DNA from: a virus
Taxonomy: Duplodnaviria > Caudoviricetes
Length of the DNA: 64,000 bases
Direction: 5' to 3' (one strand)
Virus record (IMG/VR): IMGVR_UViG_3300026176_000228
Coordinates: 1-64,000 of that record
Made by a program: the position numbers and the translations under genes. The notes beneath the pieces were generated by a model, which searched no databases, was not told where the DNA came from, and worked only from the letters and a program-made list of their open reading frames with translations. Position 1 is the first letter of the stretch, and the number at the start of each line of letters is the position of its first letter. Below, in pieces: positions 28,324 through 38,709 of the stretch.

Positions 28324-31175
28324 TAAAATCTGCGTGCATCTACTTGCGCGGTCCAATGCTTCTGGCCCCCACCTTGGCTCCAACTATAATGGATACCTTC
28401 GACAATCCAGTATTCGATAATACTGCTGGTCGTACTGGCTTCCCAACTTAATTGAATAATATAGCCCGGCCTGAGCCATTCACCCGGCCCCTTGATAGTG
28501 AAGCGCGCGCGGCGAGTATCAGTTTCGCGCATCTGAAGTTTGTAAGCCATATCCTGCGCGTAAGCACTGTTGGGTACAGTAATGTCGGTAAACTCCTTAG
28601 TTGTCGTGCCGGTAGCCCCCGGTGGTACCGTGACGCGCTGCAAGGGATTACCTAGGCTATCTGTCGCGATGAGAGCCACGCCAGTGACATCTGGTAAGCT
28701 ATCTTCGATATTGTAGTCATCACGCAGTTCATTACGCGTAAATTCACAGATGATCCCGTAATTCAAGCCCCCGACATAGTAGTACGCGGCCTGGTCTAAA
28801 CCACCCGGCCACCACGGATCGCGTTCTATCAGTATTTTACCACACGGATGATAATGCACCACACAGCCATGTGCACGCGCGAGGTCTTCAATGACGCCGG
28901 TAATCGGCGCAATCGCGGAGCTAAAACTATGCACATAGCCCCAACCGTCGAAGGTGTCATTACGTACATCCGCTTCAGTGAGCCAAGAATAGTTAGCCAA
29001 TAGATAACGAATCGCTTCGGCGGCAGTGCTCTGTTGTGCGCCTTCTGGTGTTGTAACCAAAGGCAAGCTTTCATTGATGGTCAAGTCATCGGGATAAACT
29101 TCAATTTCATTGACCTTCGCACGCGCGGGTTCAGTGTCGCCCGCATCAGGATACATTTCATGAATCAGAACTAAGATTGAACGAATCCAGCGCGAGGTAT
29201 CCGTAATTGGCTCCAAGTAGATATCGCTCATGCTGGTGTCAATCGGTCCAACATAACCATTCAGACCATTAAAGTACTCTAAGTGTGGTTCTAGGTAGTC
29301 TGCCTGCCAAAGAATATTGGTAGGGTCCAGGCCATCGGGTGACGCGGTGTCGGGATAGGGCGAGAAATAGACCGACAAGCGCTTGATCGCGGTGGTGCCA
29401 ATGGGACGGCGAATCTTCAGAGAGCTTACCAACCAGCCAGTTTGAGCAATACCATTTGCATAAGGATAGGCTAACGCACCAACGACATGATTGTCAGTTA
29501 ATCCCGTGACCTCCGTCAGCGCGGTGCTGGAACGACTCGCGTATTGAAACACATCGCTTTCAATGACACCATAACCACTGGGGGGCCAGCCTTCCACGCC
29601 CTCATCGAAGGTAATAGAAGTTGTGGTTGGGTCAATCGCTGTAGCCAGGGTTGAAGTATGTGCGTCGAGTTCTAGTAAGACCCACTCAAATTGATTAATG
29701 GTGTATTTGTCACCAGGGCGCGGGTAATCTGATGCAATCCAGTCTGCGGCAGTATTGGAATCGTAATTATTAGAACCATAACCGGTCCCCACACCACCAC
29801 CAGATGGCAAGCGACGTATAGATTGACTGGTAGATGGATTAGTAACCGTGACTCCAACCCATAGTTCGCCGCTACGCGTACCAGGTGGAAAAGCTTCATC
29901 ATAACCCCACTTGACACAATCCCCATTACTGAATTGCTGATACCAGTAAGGTGACTGATAGATATAACCCCCATTAGGATTGAGTGTAAATGGTAGTCTT
30001 TGACTGGTATCCAGATTCATCTTAAAACGATAAGTATCCGGTAGAGGATTGTCCTGTAATTCATAATTAATAATCCGATAACACTCTGGTAGAGTATCAG
30101 CTTCAAAGATATGCGCGGCTCCATTGCCGCCCCCGGTATACTCCTCGAAACGCTTCCGATTGGCGCAGACCACCACGCGCTGCCCGCGCTTCAGCGCAGA
30201 TGTATGACCGCTTAAATGCAACGCAACCGGAATCCCATCCGCGTTAAAAGTCGCAATCCAGTCGTCAGCCCATGCGCCGCCACCGATATACAACTCATCA
30301 GCTAACGCGACAATCTCAAACCACCAACATTTTTCGGGGTCATAACCCGTGACCGGCATGAAAAAAACTTCATCGATCTTAAGACGCTCTTGCTCAACAT
30401 GGTATAAAGGCAGTTCATCCGCAATCACGCTCGGTGGATATTGTGCAATCCAAGGTGTGTTTAGACGGCCATCTACGATGTTGCCACTGTCTACGTTCGC
30501 GGTCGAGCCAATAAACTCACTATTAGGAATTTCCTCCGCAGGCACCGCCAAGGTACTGGAAACCGTAATACTACTACCTTGGGCGAGATTAGTTTTGCCC
30601 ACAGTAATACGTGGCGCGTCTGTAGTTTTGAGCGAGATATTAGTGCCCTTAATCTCACGCTGCCAGCGCATGCCATGCTTGTAGTTATCGGTATAACCCC
30701 CCGACGCGACACAGCCTAGCCACCAGAGTCGCCAACCTGAGTCATAGCCTGTAAATGTCACCTTACGCATGCAAAGCAAGGCTTGGCCTACTCCAAAGTA
30801 CCCTGCATCATAATTCTCGCCATGCAGCGTGCTGGACCATGTAATTTTATTGTCATCCCATTCGTAATCAAAGGAACCATTGAAATGAATATAGGTTGTT
30901 ACTTCGACCCACGGACTCGCGGGCGTGATTTGTTCCGTACCAACATTCCAGCCCACCGGATCACCATCCACGGGAAAATTATCTGCGATGGTTAGAGTTT
31001 TGAAGCTATCACCTAAAGCAAAGAAGCGCAGCTTGATATCGTAAGCCGCGGCCGCGTTGCTGGCCGCAATTTCAGGCGCAGTTAAACCCGCGATACCTGC
31101 AACCGCCGAACTAGGCGTCTCTGCGCCCTTGAGAATGGCCGTACTCTCTAAACCATACTGAATAATCGGCAGCAT
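28320..31175 (-). CDS. Large tail tip / baseplate hub protein
   Basis: 951 aa downstream of tape measure and Dit-like gene; C-terminal LRPGYIIQL...IVEGI hub motif. Confidence 0.75.
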   Translation of the reverse strand: MLPIIQYGLESTAILKGAETPSSAVAGIAGLTAPEIAASNAAAAYDIKLRFFALGDSFKTLTIADNFPVDGDPVGWNVGTEQITPASPWVEVTTYIHFNGSFDYEWDDNKITWSSTLHGENYDAGYFGVGQALLCMRKVTFTGYDSGWRLWWLGCVASGGYTDNYKHGMRWQREIKGTNISLKTTDAPRITVGKTNLAQGSSITVSSTLAVPAEEIPNSEFIGSTANVDSGNIVDGRLNTPWIAQYPPSVIADELPLYHVEQERLKIDEVFFMPVTGYDPEKCWWFEIVALADELYIGGGAWADDWIATFNADGIPVALHLSGHTSALKRGQRVVVCANRKRFEEYTGGGNGAAHIFEADTLPECYRIINYELQDNPLPDTYRFKMNLDTSQRLPFTLNPNGGYIYQSPYWYQQFSNGDCVKWGYDEAFPPGTRSGELWVGVTVTNPSTSQSIRRLPSGGGVGTGYGSNNYDSNTAADWIASDYPRPGDKYTINQFEWVLLELDAHTSTLATAIDPTTTSITFDEGVEGWPPSGYGVIESDVFQYASRSSTALTEVTGLTDNHVVGALAYPYANGIAQTGWLVSSLKIRRPIGTTAIKRLSVYFSPYPDTASPDGLDPTNILWQADYLEPHLEYFNGLNGYVGPIDTSMSDIYLEPITDTSRWIRSILVLIHEMYPDAGDTEPARAKVNEIEVYPDDLTINESLPLVTTPEGAQQSTAAEAIRYLLANYSWLTEADVRNDTFDGWGYVHSFSSAIAPITGVIEDLARAHGCVVHYHPCGKILIERDPWWPGGLDQAAYYYVGGLNYGIICEFTRNELRDDYNIEDSLPDVTGVALIATDSLGNPLQRVTVPPGATGTTTKEFTDITVPNSAYAQDMAYKLQMRETDTRRARFTIKGPGEWLRPGYIIQLSWEASTTSSIIEYWIVEGIHYSWSQGGGQKHWTAQVDARRFY

Positions 31176-31177
31176 AA

Positions 31178-31594
31178 TTAGCGATCCGGCGCAGGTGTTA
31201 ATTCATTGATGACGATCTGCACGTCAAAGTAAAACGTCTGCGGTGAACTGGAACCCGGTCGTACGCGACCCCAGGTTGGACGCTCCAGGTAGCCTTGCCA
31301 GTTAGTCCACCAACCCGTGCGCGGATCTACCGCACTGATATAGATAAAGCTATCTTCGACCGTGGTATCAGTCTGCATGTTATGCCAAAAGTTCATGCCG
31401 CACGCGGTCATGATATTAGATTTCAAGCGTAAAACAGGCTTGCCCACTGCTGCGCAACGCCTGCCGTTGCCATCGTAACTTTCTGGTGCAGGATATTGCA
31501 CAGTCAGATCGCCCTCGTAAGTGCCATGATAAGCCTCAGTTGGGATATCCACCCACGCACCCGCACCCGCGCTGTAATACTTGAAATCAGCCAT
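31178..31594 (-). CDS. Distal tail (Dit-like) protein
   Basis: Position directly after tape measure; size. Confidence 0.55.
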   Translation of the reverse strand: MADFKYYSAGAGAWVDIPTEAYHGTYEGDLTVQYPAPESYDGNGRRCAAVGKPVLRLKSNIMTACGMNFWHNMQTDTTVEDSFIYISAVDPRTGWWTNWQGYLERPTWGRVRPGSSSPQTFYFDVQIVINELTPAPDR

Positions 31595-34500
31595 TAGTCT
31601 TCATCCTCATTTAACGCGTCTAAAATCATGAGTTCAACAGTGCGCTTTAGTGCGCTAGAGTTACGCGCGCGGTTTACAAAACCGCCTTCAAATTTATCGA
31701 AAGCCCGTTCACCCTGCGTAGCCAGAGTCGTATCAGCGATGATCGCGGTTTCCATACCCTTGCTAATCAAAGGAATCACGCCCTTGAACTTATCCGAAGT
31801 TAGAATCGCGTCCAAGTTATTCAGGCCCAACATCGGTGACATGACATCTAATTTAGATGCACCTGCGGCAGTCGCGAATTGCGCCTGCACCGCGGTAGCC
31901 ACCTTGGTCATATCCGGTACCGAGAAATTACCTTCGCCATCCTCTTTGATGCCCAGCAGGGAGTTAAGATTCTTCTGATCTAGTTCAGGATGGGCTTTGA
32001 GCAATGCGTCTGCGTACGCCAATTTGGACGCCGCGGCGATTTTCTCCATATTGATGGTATCAACTAACTTCTGCTCGTCAATAAACTGTGTCACGTCAGG
32101 TGTAAAGATACCTTGCTGGAATTTCTTGACGATATCTGTGGCCTTAGCGACCGCATCCTCAAATGCCATACCCCCAAAGTACATCTGATACCACTTCTTG
32201 GTATCCGCGCCCTCAGTGGGCTTACCGAGATTCATGGCGATGTCTTGCAGGCGGTAGATGGCTTCAAAGGGGCCATTGGCACCCGGCGCGAGTGGACCAC
32301 CCCCAAAAGTACCACCGCGCAGATCACCTAAACCTACCGAGAATTGACTACCCTCATCAAGTTTGGATTGGATACCGTCGATGATTTCTTGGGCGAGGTC
32401 TTCACCGGCTTTTTTAGCTTCGGCACCCTGATCCTCCAAGCCACTCAAGTCCACTTCGGGACCGGGCAGTAGTGGTAGCACCGCATCGCCAAGCTGACTT
32501 TGCATTTGCAGCATCGCGTCCGTAACGGCATTACCATATTGGCGCGCGATATTATCCGGTATATCTTCAATATCTACACCCGGTAGACCCCGGCCTGGTC
32601 CAGTTGGTTGACGCCGTGAATAACGAATATGCGCGAGGTCTAAATCTTCCAGGGTCTTTTTCTCGATTTGATATTGTTTTTCGACTTGCTCCAAAGCCTT
32701 TTCGTATTTTTTGATTTGCCCTACAGAATCAGCCCATGGCTCACCTAGTTTGAAATCCTCGATTAGCTTGGTAGTGTCATAAAACTCATCAAAGGCTCCC
32801 CGTACCGCGGCGATGGCCCCTGCAAAGTTACCTCGCGCCAAGGAGCCAAGGGCTGTTGCTAGTGATGCGACTCCCTGCAAGGTATTCTTCAGGGATTCCC
32901 ACATCAGTTTGAAAGCTTCGGCTACCACAATACCGGCAATCTTGCCGTATTCACCTAGAATACTAAAGCTTAGATAGAGGGATTGAATTGTGCGCTTGAA
33001 ATTGACAACCAGTAAGGCCACCGCGCGGAAGGCTTCACCGAGTACCTTGACGATATCGATACCGCTTTCCATCTCGCCCCAAACGACTGTCCATTGAGTT
33101 GCGAAACCGGCACTATCCAGAGCCATGAAAATAGCTTCGAGTTGGACCGCGATACCACCAATGGCGTCCGCGCGGCGCGTGAGTTCAGTCAAGCCATCGG
33201 CTAGGCCCAGTACATTTTCCTTCCAGAGATAGAAGCCAACTGTAGCGGCAGTTGCAACCGCGGCGACAGTTACCAAAATACCCGCCACGGCCCCAAAAAT
33301 ACCTAAAGCACCTGACAGCACTGCGCCCACGCCTGCGGTACCCGCCGCGACGCCTTTGAACGCGGTAACTAATCCTAAGACGCTCGCGCCTAATTTCGCT
33401 ACCATAGTTACGGGGGCCAAGAGTGCGCGCGCGAGGGCCGTCAGGATCACTGCGCTAGAGTTCATAGCTGTACCCAGAACAATCAAGACTGGACCTAAGG
33501 CAGCTAAGGCTAAGGCTAATTTGAGCAGCTTACCCTTGGATTCATCACTGAGGCGCGCGAATTGATTGATGAGAGGCTTGAGATTGACATTGACAAACTT
33601 CATAATCATGGGCAGGAGTTGTTCGCCCAAGGCAATCGCAATGGCGGTGATATTGTTTTTGAGATTCTGAAGCTGCGCGCTAAAACTCTTGGTTTGAATA
33701 TCGAAAATTTGCCTGACCGAACCGGCTGAGTTCTTGAGAATCGCCAGGTCGGTGTTGAATAACGACAGGCCATCGGACAAGAGCGCAAAGGCACCGCGCA
33801 CCCCGCGCATTTCGCTAAATAGTTGCGCGATTAGCTCTTCGCTACCGCCAGTCTTTTGCCAGATATCCGCGAGAACCGTGCCCAGCCCTTTCTTGAGCGC
33901 CTTAGCCGATAAATCAATACCCAGGAATTGCGCCAGGTCCATTTGCGCATTCGAGGGTTTCAAGAATGTCATCAAAATACGATTGAGTGAAGTTGCGGCT
34001 TCCGAAGGCTTGATACCGCGCTTGGTCATCGCGGTCATCGCGGCCATGGTGTCCTCAAAGGGCACCTTGAGCATACCCGCGGCTCCGATAAAGTCACCCA
34101 TTTGCTCGGTTAAGTCTTCAAAGCGGAAAATACCAATATCTACCGCGCGCGCCATCTTGTCAGTATATGAAGTCGCGTTATCCGCGGAATCATTATAGGA
34201 CTTGAGCGCAATTGCTACGGCCTTAGCAGTTTGTAATTGGTTAGCCATGCCCGCGGTTGCCGCCATCGTAGAGGCGTCGAGGACTTTTTGCGCGTCAGCC
34301 CCATAAAAAGCCGCGGATTGAATCTCGTAAAAAGCTTCAGCTAACTCCTGTGGTGAGGCTACGGTCTTGGCAATATCTGTGGACATGCCAATGAATTTCT
34401 GGCCTAGACTTTCTAGCTGGGATTCAGTTTGTCGCCCAATGGATTGAATATTGCGCAGTGATTTTTCGTATTCAATTGTAGTTTTAGTCGCGGAGACTAA

Positions 34501-34800
34501 ACCCGTAAAAATCGGTGCGCTGATAAGCGCGGTGGTCATCAAGCCCGTCGCGGAGATGGTTGAGGCTAAGCCTTGCCAGCGCGCGCGGAGATTAGTCACC
34601 GCGACCGTCGCACGCAGAGTGGCTTCAGTCAGGCGATCTACGACCGGTACAGGTAAACCCTGCGCGACTAAACCAGCATTGGCCCGTCGTAGTTTAGCTA
34701 AATTCGTCGCGTAACGACTTGCCATCCGATCAACTTCTTTGGATAGCAAGTCCACGCCACGAATGACAATAATCGCGTTGCCTAGACCTTGTACAGGCAT
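31594..34800 (-). CDS. Tape measure protein (TP901 family)
   Basis: 1068 aa, helical and Ala-rich; EAATSLNRIL, hydrophobic TM-like region. Confidence 0.93.
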   Translation of the reverse strand: MPVQGLGNAIIVIRGVDLLSKEVDRMASRYATNLAKLRRANAGLVAQGLPVPVVDRLTEATLRATVAVTNLRARWQGLASTISATGLMTTALISAPIFTGLVSATKTTIEYEKSLRNIQSIGRQTESQLESLGQKFIGMSTDIAKTVASPQELAEAFYEIQSAAFYGADAQKVLDASTMAATAGMANQLQTAKAVAIALKSYNDSADNATSYTDKMARAVDIGIFRFEDLTEQMGDFIGAAGMLKVPFEDTMAAMTAMTKRGIKPSEAATSLNRILMTFLKPSNAQMDLAQFLGIDLSAKALKKGLGTVLADIWQKTGGSEELIAQLFSEMRGVRGAFALLSDGLSLFNTDLAILKNSAGSVRQIFDIQTKSFSAQLQNLKNNITAIAIALGEQLLPMIMKFVNVNLKPLINQFARLSDESKGKLLKLALALAALGPVLIVLGTAMNSSAVILTALARALLAPVTMVAKLGASVLGLVTAFKGVAAGTAGVGAVLSGALGIFGAVAGILVTVAAVATAATVGFYLWKENVLGLADGLTELTRRADAIGGIAVQLEAIFMALDSAGFATQWTVVWGEMESGIDIVKVLGEAFRAVALLVVNFKRTIQSLYLSFSILGEYGKIAGIVVAEAFKLMWESLKNTLQGVASLATALGSLARGNFAGAIAAVRGAFDEFYDTTKLIEDFKLGEPWADSVGQIKKYEKALEQVEKQYQIEKKTLEDLDLAHIRYSRRQPTGPGRGLPGVDIEDIPDNIARQYGNAVTDAMLQMQSQLGDAVLPLLPGPEVDLSGLEDQGAEAKKAGEDLAQEIIDGIQSKLDEGSQFSVGLGDLRGGTFGGGPLAPGANGPFEAIYRLQDIAMNLGKPTEGADTKKWYQMYFGGMAFEDAVAKATDIVKKFQQGIFTPDVTQFIDEQKLVDTINMEKIAAASKLAYADALLKAHPELDQKNLNSLLGIKEDGEGNFSVPDMTKVATAVQAQFATAAGASKLDVMSPMLGLNNLDAILTSDKFKGVIPLISKGMETAIIADTTLATQGERAFDKFEGGFVNRARNSSALKRTVELMILDALNEDED

Positions 34801-34810
34801 AATCTACACC

Positions 34811-34847
34811 TTATAAAAAAGTGCGTGCCGCAGACGAGACACGCACT
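34811..34847 (-). terminator. Intrinsic terminator-like hairpin before tape measure
   Basis: agtgcgtg...cacgcact followed by T-tract on - strand. Confidence 0.55.
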
Positions 34848-35331
34848 CAGAATTTACGCTTGCTCAGCGCGACTTCATACTCATTCGCAACCAGCCAGTT
34901 GCGCAGCACGGCATCTGCGGGTTCTTTAGCCAGTTGCGACGGTAGACAGCTGTAATGCTTACACAGTAACGCTTCCAGGATTTCCCAATTCGCGGGGCCA
35001 CCGTAGCTACAAGCGACGATGGCTTTCCTTAGTTTGGGGCAAGCGTCGTCAGGTGTTCCAGATAAGCATTCGCGACTGCGGACAAGAGTTCGCCGTCCAT
35101 GTTAGCGTCCATCGCGTCGGGAGTCGGCGGGTAAGGCTCACCGTTCTCATCCACGAAGTTCCACTCCAACATGATACGCGCGATGCCCTTGATGATAAGT
35201 TCCAGATCGCCCGATGAGAACCACTTCAGTACACCGATGGGCGGATTGGTACGCGCGGTAAATTCCCAACCCTCCCACGGGCCGGTTAGTTGCACAGTGG
35301 CTTTGTTGATCGGGGCTTTACGGACTGTCAT
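34847..35331 (-). CDS. Tail assembly chaperone long form (gpGT) via -1 frameshift
   Basis: Slippery C CCA AAC (35032-35038) just before the stop; -1 frame reads KLRKAIV...LCKHYSCLPSQLA...KRKF*. Confidence 0.8.
35029..35331 (-). CDS. Tail assembly chaperone (gpG)
   Basis: EWNFVDENGEP motif; between tail tube and tape measure. Confidence 0.85.
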   Translation of the reverse strand: MTVRKAPINKATVQLTGPWEGWEFTARTNPPIGVLKWFSSGDLELIIKGIARIMLEWNFVDENGEPYPPTPDAMDANMDGELLSAVANAYLEHLTTLAPN

Positions 35332-35351
35332 ATAATTAATATTAACCTTTC

Positions 35352-35786
35352 TTAGAATGTCGCCTTGGTAACTGAACCAGAGCGCGATTCGATGGTGCCA
35401 GAGATGGTGATGGCGTTGTCCAGATCAAATGAGATTTCGTAAGTGGACAGCACGCCCGAACCGGAATACTTGTCGTTGCCCGAAGATGAACCTGCGGGAC
35501 CAAAGACAAAGGTATTAGAACCTGCCCACATATTGAACAGAGCTTCATCGATCATCGCGGTATTATTGCCGATGATTTCGTTATCGTAAAAGCCTTCAAA
35601 GTCCAGGCTCCAGTCCGTGATGCCGCCAGAGAGGCGTTCACGCGTGGTGGAGCAGAAGGTGGTAACCTCCGGCGCGTCGCGTTCCTGGTTGAGCGTGATG
35701 GAGTTTAGATCGCAGCCGAGCGCGATACAAGCCGTGTTGCCATAAGAGGCCGCGAGGTACGCCCCGCGGGCAGTAATCTTTCCCAT
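35352..35786 (-). CDS. Tail tube protein (paralog 2)
   Basis: EVTTF...GGITDWSLDFEGFYD, GPAGS..YSG. Confidence 0.85.
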   Translation of the reverse strand: MGKITARGAYLAASYGNTACIALGCDLNSITLNQERDAPEVTTFCSTTRERLSGGITDWSLDFEGFYDNEIIGNNTAMIDEALFNMWAGSNTFVFGPAGSSSGNDKYSGSGVLSTYEISFDLDNAITISGTIESRSGSVTKATF

Positions 35787-35798
35787 GATCTAATCTCC

Positions 35799-36230
35799 TT
35801 AGCCAAACGTCGCGGTGCGCGTTAGCGAACCTGAACGTCCAACCAGTGTAAATGAAATCTTGGCCGCATCTTCTGCGACTTCGTTGATTTCGTAGGTGGT
35901 CAAGGTAGCGCAGGCTGAATACATGGGCGATGTTGAGGTTGAGCCTGCGGGACCAAGCTTGCAGAAAGTCGCGCCGCCATTGGCAAAGACGGAATTCAGC
36001 AAGCAGCCGGTTTCACACGCGGTCGCGGAATAGAAGCCATTCACGGACATTTCCCAGTCCTTGATACCGTCTACAACGCGTTCACGCGCGCTGTTACCAA
36101 AACCAGTGACTTCAGTAGCTTCTGAGGATAGCGAGAGCGTGATCGAAGATGTCAGACCGGAAACGGATCGACATACTCCCGACGCGTCATAAAGGTAGAG
36201 TGACGCGTTACGCGCGACAATTTTAGCCAT
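35799..36230 (-). CDS. Tail tube protein (paralog 1)
   Basis: EVTGFG...GIKDWEMSVNGFY, GPAGS..YSA; ggagg RBS. Confidence 0.85.
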   Translation of the reverse strand: MAKIVARNASLYLYDASGVCRSVSGLTSSITLSLSSEATEVTGFGNSARERVVDGIKDWEMSVNGFYSATACETGCLLNSVFANGGATFCKLGPAGSTSTSPMYSACATLTTYEINEVAEDAAKISFTLVGRSGSLTRTATFG

Positions 36231-36256
36231 GCGATGGCCTCCTGGAAAGGGTAAAC

Positions 36257-36297
36257 AAAAAAGCGGTGGGCATCCATGACAGATTCCCACCGCTTTT
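36257..36297 (-). terminator. Intrinsic terminator between promoter and tail tube genes
   Basis: aaagcggtggg...cccaccgcttttttg on - strand. Confidence 0.7.
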
Positions 36298-36335
36298 AGA
36301 AAATTGTTATTCGATTATCGGTTCAGGATGGTGCT

Positions 36336-36364
36336 ATTATAAACGGCTTTGCAGGCTTTGTCAA
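36336..36364 (-). promoter_or_regulatory. Consensus sigma70 promoter
   Basis: TTGACA-17-TATAAT on - strand. Confidence 0.8.
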
Positions 36365-36372
36365 GAGGTTGT

Positions 36373-36807
36373 TCAAGACCATTCTTTGGCTTGGACGGTG
36401 CCTTCGAGGGGGAGCCAGGAAGTACCGTTGATACTGAGCGCGATTTCGGGATTGCGCGTGAGGGTGATGCGCGGGACCGACACGCAGGTGCCTTGTAGAG
36501 TTTGATCTGCTTCGATGGTTTGAATGATGGTCGTCGCGCAGGAGTAAGTACGCGCGAGGGTGGCTTCGGGGTCGCCGGTATCGCGCACAAAGGCTTTGAT
36601 TTGGAAGTCCCAGATACGTTCGCGGCCCGTACCAAAGGTCATCTCGGCGTCGTCTAAGTTAGTATAAGAGATGAATAAAGCCGCGTAAGCCGCGTTCTCT
36701 AGGATCGCGTAAGAACAGGTGGAAACATTACCTGCCCCAAACGCGGAGGCCGCGGAGAACATGGTGTATAAGGCCTGTGCGATAGATGATGGACTATTGA
36801 CGGTCAT
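36373..36807 (-). CDS. Tail terminator-like protein
   Basis: Position; IEADQTLQGTC motif. Confidence 0.7.
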   Translation of the reverse strand: MTVNSPSSIAQALYTMFSAASAFGAGNVSTCSYAILENAAYAALFISYTNLDDAEMTFGTGRERIWDFQIKAFVRDTGDPEATLARTYSCATTIIQTIEADQTLQGTCVSVPRITLTRNPEIALSINGTSWLPLEGTVQAKEWS

Positions 36808-37328
36808 AACAGACCTCCGGGTGTGCCACTGGAACCGCGAAACGCGGATTGAAAGGCGGCGAGTAAATCTTCGACAATTTCTTTCGGGGCGTCGATTTCA
36901 CCGCGCAGTTGCGCGAAAGCACGTTCATCAAAAGGATTGGGTGCGGTACCAGGATGATGCACGATGGTGATACGCGTGCCGCGCGGTAAGTCAGGCCACC
37001 AGAGATACTTCTTGAAACGCGGCGTGATGATATGCGGGCGTGTCCCGCCCACCATCCAGTTATATTTCAGAGCCGCGTTTGCGCCCGTGGTAATTACGGA
37101 GTAATCCAGTTGGCCCATGCGCTGGACTGTGAAGGAATCGCGTAGATGCTGCGGGTAGCGTGGATCAGGCCGATCCTGATAGGGCGCTTCTTCTTTGAGC
37201 AGTTGCGCGAACTTCTCTGTGGTCTTGCGCACCCAATACACGGCGGAACGCGGCGCGGTTGCGCGCATCTGCGTGAAGGCGTCCGATATCTGGTCAAAGC
37301 CATGCATGTCAACCTGAATGATGGGCAT
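36804..37328 (-). CDS. HK97 gp10-like tail completion protein
   Basis: LRDSF, GTRPHII, VHHPGTAPNPF. Confidence 0.8.
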   Translation of the reverse strand: MPIIQVDMHGFDQISDAFTQMRATAPRSAVYWVRKTTEKFAQLLKEEAPYQDRPDPRYPQHLRDSFTVQRMGQLDYSVITTGANAALKYNWMVGGTRPHIITPRFKKYLWWPDLPRGTRITIVHHPGTAPNPFDERAFAQLRGEIDAPKEIVEDLLAAFQSAFRGSSGTPGGLL

Positions 37329-37331
37329 AGA

Positions 37332-38516
37332 CTAAAGTCCTGCTAATTCGCGAATCCAATTAGCTAAACGCCAGTAAGCTTTGCCGTCTACTGCGCCAAA
37401 ATACTTGGTCACAAACGCAGACGTATCGACCGGCGGCTCCGCAACGCCATCTAAGACTGATACTAACGCATCTACATCCGCAGGGCAAGTCAGGACTTCG
37501 GGATCATTAGCAAAGCCATTGATGGCCGCGAGGCGGATAAAAGGATAGCACGCGGCTTCGACCAGAACATTGGATGGCCCTAGCGCAATCGCGAGGTCAG
37601 TCGCGTTGAGAAACACATCCAGGTGCTGGTCAGAGACGATACAGCGCACGCCATATTCTTCCGCGAGTTTTACATGCTGTTCGACGTTTTGGCTGCGTGG
37701 ATGGCACTTGACCAGATATTGATAGTAAGGTCGTCGTGAGGCCGCAGTAAGAAATGCGCGATAGCCTTCTTCGACTACATCGGTGCAACCGAGCAGGTTA
37801 GTGTCCTGTCGCCAGGATGAGAAGTAGGTGATGACAGGTTGATTAGCCTGGAGATTGAGCAAGCGTTGAGCATCCGCGCGGAAAGGCTTGAGATTCGCGA
37901 AACGGTCTGCGGCCAAGGTCGCAGTCATGCGAATTTCAGCTTTAGGGTCGCGCGCGTGATACCATTGCGCCTGGAATGGCCCTGCTGCCGCGATACGCTT
38001 CGCGGTCACGATATCATGAATATCAGTACCGATAGGTCCGCGCTCATCGGTGTCCATGTAGACCGCGTGCGGGATATGCAGGCAAGGTACGCCATGCGCT
38101 TCCGCCCAAGCCGCCATCAGGCGCGTCGCGGGTTCCACGTCGTTATGCACGACAATCACATCAGGCTTGAGTTCGTCCAGCACTAACGCGACGTTGATGG
38201 TTTCCGGTAAGCGCGGATAGAGATACGGTGCAATCAGTTTCTGAAACATATCCCAACTGGCTTGGTCTAGTTCATCAGTTTTTTCGACTTGCGTCAGCAG
38301 GGCCAGAGTTTGCAGCATCTCCGCGGCATGCGCAAAAGCCAGATCGCGCAGAGGACCAACATTGAGCTCAGAAAGCAGTTGATTCGGGATATCCGCATCC
38401 GCGAAGAGCTTACTGACTCCCGCGTGCGTGGTCCAAATTTCAACCTGACCCTTGAGTTCCTTGAGAATCGGCAGGAATGCGGGCTGCGCGCTAAAGAGAA
38501 TCTTCGGTTGTGGCAT
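37332..38516 (-). CDS. GT-B glycosyltransferase, candidate CMP-nonulosonate transferase
   Basis: VPCLHIPHA, VKCHPRS (HP motif), SNVLVEAA; start MPQP. Confidence 0.65.
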   Translation of the reverse strand: MPQPKILFSAQPAFLPILKELKGQVEIWTTHAGVSKLFADADIPNQLLSELNVGPLRDLAFAHAAEMLQTLALLTQVEKTDELDQASWDMFQKLIAPYLYPRLPETINVALVLDELKPDVIVVHNDVEPATRLMAAWAEAHGVPCLHIPHAVYMDTDERGPIGTDIHDIVTAKRIAAAGPFQAQWYHARDPKAEIRMTATLAADRFANLKPFRADAQRLLNLQANQPVITYFSSWRQDTNLLGCTDVVEEGYRAFLTAASRRPYYQYLVKCHPRSQNVEQHVKLAEEYGVRCIVSDQHLDVFLNATDLAIALGPSNVLVEAACYPFIRLAAINGFANDPEVLTCPADVDALVSVLDGVAEPPVDTSAFVTKYFGAVDGKAYWRLANWIRELAGL

Positions 38517-38709
38517 TGTCACTATGAGATTCCTGTTCCATGGTGGCCGCGAGCCAGCCATTATTGAGTACTTGAATCAGTTCATAGGTAAAGAGTCGGG
38601 GAATATTGACACCTGCAACTTCAAACGGTGGTACATCTAAGGACCAAGTTTCGAGAAAATGCAAGTGTTGTGCATTGACTTCTGCGGCGCGCGCGAGGGC
38701 ATCAGGCAT
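38491..38709 (-). CDS. Hypothetical protein
   Basis: aaggag RBS; lies between the two transferases. Confidence 0.5.
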   Translation of the reverse strand: MPDALARAAEVNAQHLHFLETWSLDVPPFEVAGVNIPRLFTYELIQVLNNGWLAATMEQESHSDNATTEDSL

